DNA from: an uncultured Verrucomicrobiota bacterium
GTDB lineage: Bacteria; Verrucomicrobiota; Verrucomicrobiia; Limisphaerales; UBA9464
Direction of reading: 5' to 3'
Length of the DNA stretch: 64,000 nt
Assembly: GCA_903835555.1 (NCBI GenBank)
Contig: CAILNN010000292.1
Span: forward strand, 1,125 to 65,124
Under the pieces are notes generated by a model. That model was given only the letters and a program-made list of their open reading frames with translations, did not search any database and had not been told where the DNA came from. Position numbers and translations under genes: made by a program. Positions 37,303-47,300 of the stretch are shown here, in pieces. Every line of letters starts with the position of its first letter. Position 1 is the stretch's first letter.

Positions 37303-40300
37303 AACCACCTTTTCATCGGATATTTGCAGTCCTCCTCCTGATCATCGGCTTTACCTATACCTCCCAAGCCGCCGTCAACTTTATCTGGCTGGAAGGCGAA
37401 TCCGCACGTTCTTCGGTTCCGTTCAACACCAACAATTGGGGACGACCGGAATTCCTCTCGGGTGGCATCGGCCTGAATCTCAGTATTGAAGAGGACAAAG
37501 TCGAGAAAGCTGTCCCGGCGGAAGGAATTGTCCTGAGTTATCCGTTTGAAGTCTCCAAGAAAGCGACCTATGAAGTGTGGAACCGCGTTGGTTTTGAGTT
37601 CGTTCGCTCTCCGTTTGAGTGGCGCATCGACTCGGGTCCTTGGAAAAAAGCGTCGCCCGACGACCTGACCACCGATCTCATGGAGATCGGCTTTTGGTCC
37701 GAGGTCGCTTGGCTGAATCTGGGAACCTCGGATTTGTCTCCCGGCCATCACCAGCTCGATATCCGCCTCTCCAAAAACAAAGACGACAAAGGCAAATGGC
37801 AGCGTCTCCTCTACAGCTCGGATGCCCTCTGCCTTTTTGAAGGGACATTTCGACCGCATGGAAAATTCCGACCCGACGAACTCGGACGAACTCCCGCCGA
37901 CGAGCAAGCCGCCCAGCACGTTTTTCGCCTTCCCGAGACCGTTTCGTCGCATCGATCGACCCTCTCTCTTGCAGGCGATTGGGAAATCGCCCGCGACGAC
38001 GAACAACAACCTGGAGAGGTAGCGGAACCGATCCTTGCCCTTCCGAAAGCCCCCTATTGGCATGTCATCCCCGTGCCGTCCGATAAGAACAAATCGCGGC
38101 CCGAGCTCCTCTTCGCCCATCGCGTCTGGTACCGGACCCATGTCTTTGTTCCGGCGACAATGACGGGTCGAGCCTATTTTCTCGATTTTCCCGGCAACAA
38201 CCTAAACACCACTGTCTTTGTCAATGGCCTGTTTTGTGGGTTTGAAAAGAACCCCTTTGCGCCCTTTACCGTGGATGTAACGCCGGCAGTGGTAGCCGGT
38301 CGCACCAATGAAATCTGGGTCGGCATTCGGGACGCTTGGTATGGTCGCTCCGCCGATCCGAAACGCCCCTTGAAACTACGGAAGACCTTTAACTATCCGC
38401 TGAATCTCTTTTCCGATGGATTCCAAGACATGGATTATCCGGTTTGGAACTGTCCTCAATCGGGAATCCTGACCACTCCCACCTTCATCGCGACCGGAGG
38501 GAGCATTTACGTCTCCGATGCTTTCATCCAACCGTCGGTCCACGATCATCGATTGGCGGTCGATCTTACCCTGCGGAATACCCACCCCGTTGCCGCCACC
38601 GGAGAGATTCGATGGGAAGCGATCAATGACGAAACCGGACAGGTGGAACATGCCTTTCCCCCGCAGAGCTTCACGGTCACCTCAACCAACACCTCGGCGG
38701 TGCGATTGGATGGACCGTGGGCCGATGCCAAGCTCTGGTGGCCCGATTCGCCTCATCTCTACCACCTGCGCACCACGGTCCTCGTGAACGGTCAGCCGGG
38801 CGATGTTCAGGAGACCACCTTCGGATTCCGGGAATGGCGACGGGAGGGGACTCAATTCACCCTCAATGGCGTGGTCTGGCATCTTTGGGCCGATTTAGTC
38901 GGGGTTAGCGATTCGCCCGACCATTGGCTAGAGGCTTATCAGCGAACCGGTCAGCGGACCATGCGGCTATCCACAGCCGGGCAGGCTGGCCCGGAAACTC
39001 GTTGGCTGGGATTGGAACCGCGCGCAGCTCTCGATTTCTTCGATCGGAACGGAGTTGTGGTCCGTCGCAATACCACGCTGGATGGGGAACGGATTGGCTA
39101 TAACTTCAGTGAAAACGACCCGATCACCAAGGCGTCTCAAGGAGGGTTTGAAGGGAAATTGGCGCTGATGAGAAACTGGCGCGACCAATGCGTCGCCCAG
39201 GTGCGCGGAGAACGCAATCATCCGTCTATTCAGATTTGGTCGCTCGAAAACGAATTCTCCTTCATCAACCTGATCAATCTTCTCGGTAACTCGCCGCTAA
39301 TGGACCAATACGAGGAGCAGATCGCCCAAACCTATGAAGCGGTCATGGCGGCTGACCCCTCTCGATCAGCCATGACAGACGGCGGTGGGGCAATGAAACG
39401 CAATCTCCTGGGCGTGGCGGGTGATCACTACGTCGCCACGCTCGATTCCCGTTACCCGGACCTGGCCTATGAGCCCTTTGAAATAGGCGGTGGACGTGGC
39501 CGGTGGCAATGGGACCGGAAACGTCCCCGCTTTATCGGCGAGGACTTTTTTGCCACCGGCATCAATCCGTCCGATTACGCCACTTGGGGCGGAGAAGTGG
39601 CTTTTCAAGGCAAGGCGGCCACACGCGGTGCCGTGGGGACCTGCTACCGTATGTTGCAGGAAGGTTATCGCTGGGGCGGTTACTTCGCCGGTTGGCACTT
39701 CTGGTTGGCGGGTGAAGGTGGCACCAATCAATGGCTGGCCAATGCGCCACGCGCCGCCTTGGTGCGCGAATGGAATTGGAGCCTCGGCTCTGGGGATTTG
39801 GTGAAACGGACCTATGGTGTCTTTAATGACACTCAATACGCCGACCCCGTGAGCTTTACCCGGCGGCTGGAAGTGAACGGTCGCGAAGCCTTTTCCAAGA
39901 CCACGACACTCACCGTCGCTCCTGGGACAGCGGAAAAGTTTGAGGAGCCGTTGTCGCTACCCAAGGTGATGACCCGGACCGAAGGTCAGCTCCTGCTAAC
40001 CCTGTCAGTCGGCACTCGGGAAATATTCCACGATATCAAGTCCGTCTCCATCCTTCCTCCTGTGTCTGCCGAAAAACTGGCAACCGGAAGTCTCGGTCTA
40101 TGGGACCCATCGGGTGACACCACTGCGTTCCTCCAATCTATTGGGCAACCGTTTCTCCCGCTAACCTCGCTGGATTCGGTGCCCGCCTCGGTTCATGTCA
40201 TCGTAGTCGGACGCGATGCTATTTCCGCCGAAAACAGCACATCGACTCGATTGGCGGTCCTGGCCTCGGAAGGGCGATCCATTGTGGTGCTGGATCAGGC

Positions 40301-42389
40301 TCATCCGCTCAAGTACGGGGCCGTCCCCGCCGAACTCGAGTCGGCTCCCGCGACCCGCAAGGATGATTTTGGAAACAGCGTTCCGGCGTCCGAGGGTCAT
40401 ACCGCCTTTCTCGAAGACACCACCCATCCCGCATTGGCGGGACTCTTAGACAAAGATTTCTTTACCTGGGGTCCGGGCCAACGGGTCTTCCGCAATGCCT
40501 ACCTGAAACCAACCCGGGGAGCCAAGAGCCTGCTCCAATGTGGTCCCCGTCTCGAATACAGTGCCTTGGTGGAGATACCTGTGGGCCGGGGCGTTCTGTA
40601 TCTCACCCAGTTGGATTTCCAGGGGCAGTTGAGGGGCAATTCTGTTGCCCAACATCTGCTGATGAACCTCATTCAAGCCGCCGCCCATTACCAAATCGAA
40701 TCGGCTGCGGTTTCGGCCCTCATCACGGATGCCCCGTTGGCCCATGCCGTCGACGCCATCGGCTTGCAATATGCGAAGGCCACCGAACCCAGTGCCGTTA
40801 TCGGGGACCCGAACCGAAAAATCGCCCTGGTTTCGGCTTCATCGGCAAACTTGAAGTGGTTCGCCCAACATCCGATCGAAGTGAAGGCATTCTGGGCCCG
40901 GGGCGGCACGCTGGTGGTGTGTGGTGTGACCCCGGAAGGCATTGAGGACTTCAATGCCATCGTCGGTGTCCACCACGTCATCCGTCCGTTCAAGCGGGAA
41001 CGAGTGACCTTTCCTGCAATCAAGGAACCGCTGACCGCCGGACTGACCGTCGGCGACGTGGTCATGCTATCGGGACAGCGCATGTTTGACTGGAATGCCG
41101 ATGAATACGTCTCATCAGAGGTCTTCAGCCATATTGTTGATCTGGAAGATGTGGCCCCCTTCGCCAAGAGTGATTTCCCCGGCTTCGACAATATCGTCAA
41201 CGGATTTGTGGGCTCCGACGGTTGGCCTCTCATTATGGACTTTGAGGTTCCAAAGGATGGGTCACCCTATGAATTTCACCTCGACCTACCGCAGGAAGAA
41301 ACCTTGCTGGAGTTTATCCACGATCCATCGGTCAATTACAATCCCACCACCCGTATTGCTCTTTCGTTTGATGGCCGGGACCGAGTCGAATTCCCCCTCC
41401 AACCGAACGGAGACGCCCAGACCTTTGCCATTGATCCGCCCCGAAAGGCCAAACGGGTGACGATCCAGATTCTAAAATGGCAATCAGACCCGGCGAAGCG
41501 TCCGCTGGTCGGTATCGACAACATCTATCTCGTCGCACAACGGTCTCCGGAATGGCACGCGACCGTCAAGCCGATGCTCAATATTGGCGGGTTGGTGCAC
41601 TACGTAAAAGGGAAGGGGGGTGTCGTCCTTTGCAACCTCCGCTTTCAAGACCAGGAATCGGTCCCGATTAATTTAACCAAGAAACGCACCATCCTCGCGA
41701 CAGTCCTACGGAACCTCAAAGCTCCCTTCTCGGGCGGTAAGACGGTGATCGCAGGAGCCAAGCTGGACTTTACCCCAATCGATTTACACACGAAGGCCAC
41801 CACGTTCAAAGATGAACGCGGCTGGTTTGGCGACGCAAATCGGACCCTAAAATCCCTGCCCGCAGGCGAACATTTTTTCGCTGGGGTTCGATACAATATT
41901 TATGAATTGGCCACCTCACCCGTCCCCCAGGTCGTCATGCTGCAGGGAAGTGGAGTCCCGGGGAAACTGCCTGCCGAAGTCACTGGAATTCCCATAAACG
42001 CGCAGGCCGATGCACTATTCTTCCTGCACACCGCCCGATTGGACCGGCGTGCCGACGAACGGGAGCGCCAGGAGCAGAAACGAATCGAATTGGCTCGATA
42101 TGTCGTTCATTATGTCGATGGCCGGACGGCGGAGGTGCCTGTTTATGCCGAAATCAACATCGATCACTTCGTGCAAAAGGATCCGAAGAGTTTGCCCGGA
42201 GCTCAACTAGCCTGGAGTGCCGCCTATCCCAACAGCGACGAGAGCGCGGCAGTTTATGCCCAGCAATGGAACAACCCCCGTTCCGGTGTCCGTATTGCCA
42301 CGGTGGACCTGGTCTACGGCAAGGATAAGGAACGTGGAGTGCCGGTGCTGATTGCAATCACGGCAGCGACCGTGGGAGGCGAGCGGTAA
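37299..42389 (+). CDS. Giant glycoside hydrolase family 2-like protein (1696 aa) with large C-terminal extension
   Basis: ATGA overlap with the upstream stop. Signal peptide AVLLLIIGFTYTSQA. GH2 sugar-binding module (WYRTHVFVP..AYFLDFPGNNLNTTVFVNG..NEIWVGI). LWWPDSPHLYHL..FGFREW and the TIM-barrel acid/base ERNHPSIQIWSLENEF. Confidence 0.9.
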   Translation: MKPPFHRIFAVLLLIIGFTYTSQAAVNFIWLEGESARSSVPFNTNNWGRPEFLSGGIGLNLSIEEDKVEKAVPAEGIVLSYPFEVSKKATYEVWNRVGFEFVRSPFEWRIDSGPWKKASPDDLTTDLMEIGFWSEVAWLNLGTSDLSPGHHQLDIRLSKNKDDKGKWQRLLYSSDALCLFEGTFRPHGKFRPDELGRTPADEQAAQHVFRLPETVSSHRSTLSLAGDWEIARDDEQQPGEVAEPILALPKAPYWHVIPVPSDKNKSRPELLFAHRVWYRTHVFVPATMTGRAYFLDFPGNNLNTTVFVNGLFCGFEKNPFAPFTVDVTPAVVAGRTNEIWVGIRDAWYGRSADPKRPLKLRKTFNYPLNLFSDGFQDMDYPVWNCPQSGILTTPTFIATGGSIYVSDAFIQPSVHDHRLAVDLTLRNTHPVAATGEIRWEAINDETGQVEHAFPPQSFTVTSTNTSAVRLDGPWADAKLWWPDSPHLYHLRTTVLVNGQPGDVQETTFGFREWRREGTQFTLNGVVWHLWADLVGVSDSPDHWLEAYQRTGQRTMRLSTAGQAGPETRWLGLEPRAALDFFDRNGVVVRRNTTLDGERIGYNFSENDPITKASQGGFEGKLALMRNWRDQCVAQVRGERNHPSIQIWSLENEFSFINLINLLGNSPLMDQYEEQIAQTYEAVMAADPSRSAMTDGGGAMKRNLLGVAGDHYVATLDSRYPDLAYEPFEIGGGRGRWQWDRKRPRFIGEDFFATGINPSDYATWGGEVAFQGKAATRGAVGTCYRMLQEGYRWGGYFAGWHFWLAGEGGTNQWLANAPRAALVREWNWSLGSGDLVKRTYGVFNDTQYADPVSFTRRLEVNGREAFSKTTTLTVAPGTAEKFEEPLSLPKVMTRTEGQLLLTLSVGTREIFHDIKSVSILPPVSAEKLATGSLGLWDPSGDTTAFLQSIGQPFLPLTSLDSVPASVHVIVVGRDAISAENSTSTRLAVLASEGRSIVVLDQAHPLKYGAVPAELESAPATRKDDFGNSVPASEGHTAFLEDTTHPALAGLLDKDFFTWGPGQRVFRNAYLKPTRGAKSLLQCGPRLEYSALVEIPVGRGVLYLTQLDFQGQLRGNSVAQHLLMNLIQAAAHYQIESAAVSALITDAPLAHAVDAIGLQYAKATEPSAVIGDPNRKIALVSASSANLKWFAQHPIEVKAFWARGGTLVVCGVTPEGIEDFNAIVGVHHVIRPFKRERVTFPAIKEPLTAGLTVGDVVMLSGQRMFDWNADEYVSSEVFSHIVDLEDVAPFAKSDFPGFDNIVNGFVGSDGWPLIMDFEVPKDGSPYEFHLDLPQEETLLEFIHDPSVNYNPTTRIALSFDGRDRVEFPLQPNGDAQTFAIDPPRKAKRVTIQILKWQSDPAKRPLVGIDNIYLVAQRSPEWHATVKPMLNIGGLVHYVKGKGGVVLCNLRFQDQESVPINLTKKRTILATVLRNLKAPFSGGKTVIAGAKLDFTPIDLHTKATTFKDERGWFGDANRTLKSLPAGEHFFAGVRYNIYELATSPVPQVVMLQGSGVPGKLPAEVTGIPINAQADALFFLHTARLDRRADERERQEQKRIELARYVVHYVDGRTAEVPVYAEINIDHFVQKDPKSLPGAQLAWSAAYPNSDESAAVYAQQWNNPRSGVRIATVDLVYGKDKERGVPVLIAITAATVGGER

Positions 42390-42620
42390 ATAAGACGAAG
42401 GAGTGGCCACTGACAAGCGACGGCTGCAGTCCAATTAGCCGTCCGACGGAAGTCGACGCTGCTCGATCCGGAGACGTTCCGTAAAATCACGGGCGTTCGT
42501 TCTGCTCGGGACTCGTTGCGACACTGGGTAGGGTGGCGTGACATAATGAAAGCGCTGATCCCACTTGCCAACTGAGCCTTCTCTTCTGTAGCATTTTCCC
42601 AGAATCGACCCGTCCATCCG

Positions 42621-43034
42621 ATGCACCCTGCAGATACCAAAGTTTCTACCTGGAGCTCCATACGCATCCCGGGAGAAATCCCGTTTCTATTCCAGCGTAT
42701 CACCGCATCAGGTAGAGACGGCTTTTGGATGGGTTCCCGGGGTGGCTATTCCGATGAAGAGCCTCGCCATCGAGTGGTCCTACCCGACGAATTTTACCTC
42801 GGCACCTTTGTCGTGACTCAGGCTCAGTATGGCACCGTCACTTGGCGAGATTGGTCTACGAATCCCAATCAATTAACCAACGTAAGATCGAATGACTACC
42901 GAGTTGTGCGCGGCGGTTCGTGGGGCTGCTCCACCTGGTGGTGCCGCTCGGCGAATCGCGTCGGGCGCGGGCCGGGCGGCAGTCGGATGTATCTAGGCAT
43001 TCGCCTTTGCTTGATTCGTGGTCCGGCGAGCTAG
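42621..43034 (+). pseudogene. FGE/SUMF1-type (formylglycine-generating enzyme family) gene with internal deletion
   Basis: The N-terminal part (FQRITASGRDGFWMGS..EEPRHRVVLPDEFYLGTFVVTQAQY) jumps directly to the C-terminal part (YRVVRGGSWGCSTWWCRSANRVGRGPG..LGIRLC). About 100 aa, including the TEAEWEYACRAG block, are missing. Confidence 0.6.
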
Positions 43035-43251
43035 CGATCCAGCAGAACAAAATGAAAGAACCTCGTGCGTTGTCGCCCAAATGAGGATGGTCCGTTGACC
43101 TTTTTCAATCGGCTCCTTGGCCAGGTGCAAGCTCATCCGTTTCCATAGCGCCAGAGGGGCGGCGCACCTGGATATCGCGCGATAGCGTCTTGGACTGCGG
43201 TAGTCCTCTACCGCTTTTTGCCTCAGAATCTAGAGAGCCCGCCAGTGAATT

Positions 43252-43299
43252 CTGGCCGCCGTCCAATTCACAGCCACTTCCAAAGCGCCAGAGGGCTGG
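43252..43299 (+). repeat. Dispersed hairpin repeat, family 2, copy 1
   Basis: CTGGCCGCCGTCCAATTCACAGCCACTTCCAAAGCGCCAGAGGGCTGG matches the reverse complement of 60807-60854 at ~80%, including a 19-nt perfect core (CAAAGCGCCAGAGGGCTGG). Hairpin CGCCAG-AGGG-CTGGCG. Confidence 0.6.
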
Positions 43300-43332
43300 C
43301 GAACTCCACGACCTGGCGGACATCCCGGAAAC

Positions 43333-43728
43333 ATCCCGCTCCATTTTCGGCGCATACCGGCATCAGGTCCGGATGGTTTTTGGATGGGATCTCGGGACGG
43401 TGAAGCCGATGAAAAGCCCGTTCACCGGGTTGTTATGCCAGACTACTTCTATCTGGGCATCGATGTTGTAACCCAGAAGCAGTATGCTGCGGTCGCCCAG
43501 CGCATCGCGAAATTAAAGGAACGCGCTGATCCCAGCGAAATCAAAGGAATCCATCATCCCGTTGAAAACGTCGATTGGTGGGAAACCGATCGATTTTGCC
43601 AATGGTTGACCCAAAATATTCCGGCCAGTCAACTGCCGCCGGGTGGTTTTAACCTATTCTGTCTTCCGACCGAGGCCGAATGGGAATATGCCTGCCGGGC
43701 TGGAACGGCGACTGGAACCCCAAAGTAG
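43333..43728 (+). pseudogene. FGE/SUMF1-type gene fragment lacking both its 5' start region and its 3' third
   Basis: The in-frame translation IPLHFRRIPASGPDGFWMGSRDGEADEKPVHRVVMPDYFYLG..VTQKQY..VENVDWWETDRFCQWL..LPTEAEWEYACRAGTATG then stops. Homology extends upstream of the first ATG (43384), and an in-frame TGA lies at 43246. The RVxRGGSW...CRSA end is absent. Confidence 0.6.
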
Positions 43729-43884
43729 AAGCGGCGCCTCGCCTATAATTTCGAACTTTCGGCTGACAGCTTCATATTTCTCTTCATTCGCTTCAAACGC
43801 CTCGAAACTGACCCCGATTAGAAATCGGCGGATGGCGTTTCCAGCCAGCACGATGTCGGCAAGATACGCGCGATCACGCGACAT
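43654..43884 (-). pseudogene. HEPN (DUF86/HepT-type) toxin gene, 3'-truncated
   Basis: The first 50 aa (RDRAYLADIVLAGNAIRRFLIGVSFEAFEANEEKYEAVSRKFEIIGEA) fit the DUF86 N-terminal half. The remainder (PLLLWGSSRRSS...) is unrelated and lacks the Rx4-6H motif. The start overlaps the MNT gene by 11 nt. Confidence 0.55.
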
Positions 43885-44179
43885 AAAGCGGAGTCGCGGT
43901 GGCGAGGATGGAGTCGCGTCGATATTTGTTTCGGCTTCGGAGAATCGCGGTGCGACTCACCAGATCCACCGGACGACCAAAGATTTCTTGTAGCCCAAAT
44001 CGAATATCAGCCCAACCGAGAAGTGTGCAGTCTGAGTCTGGGACAAGCGTGCACAAGAGGTCGACATCGCTATCGGGACGAAAGTCCTCTCGCAGTGCTG
44101 AGCCGAAGATATCCAGCCTGGCGATGCCACGCTCCCGGCAAAATTGCCGAAGATTTTCCGTGTCGTACACCAGCTTCAT
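43874..44179 (-). CDS. Nucleotidyltransferase-fold antitoxin (MNT/MntA-type)
   Basis: RLDIFGSALREDFRPDSDVDLL (GS..DxD minimal nucleotidyltransferase signature) and FGRPVDLV. Confidence 0.85.
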   Translation of the reverse strand: MKLVYDTENLRQFCRERGIARLDIFGSALREDFRPDSDVDLLCTLVPDSDCTLLGWADIRFGLQEIFGRPVDLVSRTAILRSRNKYRRDSILATATPLYVA

Positions 44180-44296
44180 TGGGCAATCAGTCTCGGCACC
44201 GTCAGCGCATCGTCAAGTATGCGCTGTCTCATGAGTGGCCACGGGACCCTTAAATCACGCCGGCATCCTTCAAATCCAACGGTCGATTATCGTTCG

Positions 44297-44342
44297 ATCA
44301 AAATCAAAACGGGCAAGAGCTCTTTTCGGAACTCTTGCCCGT
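44297..44342 (-). terminator. Rho-independent terminator of nrdJ
   Basis: 11-bp perfect stem, ACGGGCAAGAG (44309-44319) / CTCTTGCCCGT (44332-44342), with a 12-nt loop. On the minus strand it is followed by TTTTGATTTT. Confidence 0.7.
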
Positions 44343-44375
44343 TTCAATCGGAGGCCTCAGCCTCTCCCAGCCTAT

Positions 44376-47300
44376 CTAGCTGCACCCCAAACTCTCGCCG
44401 CAATTCAGGCATTTGTAGCAAGCTCCATTGCGTACCGTGATGTGCCCACACTTGGGACAGCTCGGTGCATCGCCCTGATTCACAAAGGTCTGTGAAAGGA
44501 CGCTACGGTGGATGGTGCCAGCCGTGGCTGTCGCCGACCGTGTTTCCACTCGTACCACGGAAGCATGAGTCGCCGTCACCGCGAGATTGGTGACCGGTCG
44601 GTTCACATTGCGTTTGTCCGATTCTTCCAGGTCGGGCATTGGGAGCTCCGGTTGGGCCGATCCAGGTGAATGTTTCTGCCGGTAACCGTCAATAAATTGG
44701 CAGGCCATCCAGCGGAAGACATAGTCGATGATCGACGAGGCCATCCGGATATCGGGGTGACGGGTAAAGCCACTCGGCTCAAACCGTTGGTGGGCAAACT
44801 TATTGACCAATCCTTCCAGCGGCACTCCGTATTGAAGCGAGAGGCTGGTCAGAGCGCCGATGGTATCCATCAAGCCGCCGATGGTGCTGCCTTCCTTGGC
44901 CATGGTCACAAAGAGCTCACCAGGTTGACCGTCCTCAAACATGCCCACCGTCATGTAACCTTCATGCCCGGCGATCTCGAATTTGTGATTGATCGCGGGC
45001 CGCGTGTCCGGCAGGCGCTTGCGCAGCGGTTGGCTTGCCTGATGTTCCAACTGAACAATGGCAGCCTCCAGTTCCTGAATGCGGCTCTCCAAGGTAGCCG
45101 TCTTTTGGGTGGCTGCTTCTGCGGATGTCTGCCCTTCGTTAGTCTTCTTTGTGTTGAGCGGCTGGGAACGCTTGGAGCCGTCACGATAGATGGCGACACA
45201 CTTCAGTCCCATGCGCCACGCCTGGCTGTAGGCATCGCGAATATCTTGGGTGGTGGCCTCATGCGGGAGGTTCACCGTCTTGGAGATGGCTCCCGAAATA
45301 AACGGCTGTGCAGCCGCCATCATGCCGAGGTGGGCCATGTATCCGATGCTGCGCTGACCCCGATGCGCTTTAAAGGCGCAGTCAAACACCGCCAAGTGTT
45401 CCGGCTTGAGGCCGCTGGAAATCCGATCACCCACTTTGGCGGTTCCGGCCTTCACGGCGGGATCGTCGGTCACAAGGACGACATCCTCGATGGTGTCAAA
45501 CTTCTCGATATGACCGATAATCCGGGTCACGTCGGCGTCGCTGTAGCCCAAGCGCCTCAAGGCTTCGGGTACGGTCCGATTGACAATCTTCAGCATGCCG
45601 CCACCGGCCAGCAGTTTGTACTTTACCAGGGCGATGTCGGGCTCGACCCCGGTCGTATCGCAATCCATCAGGAAGGCGATCGTCCCCGTGGGGGCCAGCA
45701 CCGTCACCTGGGCATTGCGGTAGCCAAACTCACGTCCCCGGGCCAATGCCCGGTCCCAACACCCACGCGCTTCGTTCTTGAGGAAGGCGAAATCCTGCGA
45801 TGCGGCGATCCCTTCGACGGCTTCGCGGTGGAGTCGGATGACGTCGAGGGTGGACTCGACATTATCTCGCTTGGGCGGATTCGGCACCCCGGTGCAGCGG
45901 GCGTCGTGATATCCAGGGAAGGCCCCCATGATGGAAGCAATCTCGGCGCTTTGTTCATAAGCATGGCCGGTCATGACCGCCGTGATTGCTCCAGCCAGCG
46001 CCCGTCCCTCGTTGGAGTCGTAGGGCAGACCGTAGCTCATGATCAGAGAGCCCAGGTTGGCATAGCCCAAGCCCAAGGTGCGGAAAATGTGGGAATTCTC
46101 GGCGATCGCCTTGGTCGGATAGCAGGCGTTATCCACCAGGATTTCCTGAGCGGTGATGTAGATGCGGACCGCTGCCTTGAATCGCTCGATATCGAACACC
46201 CCATCTGCTCGCTTGAACTTCATCAAGTTGAGCGATGCCAAGTTGCAGGCGGTGTTGTTGAGAAACACGTATTCCGAACACGGATTGGTTGAGTGAATCG
46301 GTTCGGTCCCTTTGCAGGTGTGCCACTTCTGGATCGCCCCGTCGTATTGAAGTCCGGGATCGCCGCACGTCCAGGTGCCCTCAGCGATCAAATCCAGCAG
46401 CTTGGAAGCTTCCTTCTTCTCCAGTGGTTCACCCGTCGTGACTGACCGGGTCCACCATTCACCACCGGAAAGCGCTGCAGTCATGAAGGGATCGGAGACG
46501 CGGACCGACAGGTTCTCGTTTTGATACATGACTGATCCGTAGGCTTCGCCATTGAAGGACCCGTCGTACCCCTGTTCAATCAAAGCCCAAGCCTTCTTCT
46601 CCTCCCGCATCTTGGCGGTGATGAAATCCTCAATGTCGCCGTGCCAGTCGCGGATGGTATTCATCTTGGCCGCTCGACGTGTCTTGCCGCCCGATTTAAC
46701 CACGTTGGCGACTTGATCGTAAACCCGGAGGAAACTCATCGGTCCACTCGGTTTTCCACCACCGGAAAGCTTCTCTTTCGCACTCCGAATCGGGGTCAGA
46801 TCGGTGCCGGTTCCCGAGCCGAACTTGAAAAGCATGGCCTCACTGTAGGCCAGTTGCATGATGCTCTCCATGTTGTCGTCGACCGACTGGATAAAACAGG
46901 CGCTGCATTGGGGATACTCGTATTGTGTCGGAGCGCGCTCGGCTTCGCCTTTCTGCCGGTCAAAGTACCAGTTGCCCTTGTCGCTGCCCTTACCCACGCC
47001 GTATTCGTGATAGAGCCCCACGTTGAACCAAACTGGGGAATTGAATGCCCCGTATTGATTGGCGCAGAGCCAAGTTAGTTCGTCGTAAAAGACTTCCCCA
47101 TCGGCTTTGGAGAAATAACCGTCTTTGACTCCCCAATCGGCTATCGTGCGGGTGACCCGATGAATGAGTTGTTTGACCGAATATTCCCGCTCCTTCTTCT
47201 GCGGGTCGCCGTAGAAATACTTGGAACACACCACCTTGGTCGCCAACTGCGACCAATTCTTGGGCACTTCCACGTTGGCCTGCTTAAAGACGACTTTGCC

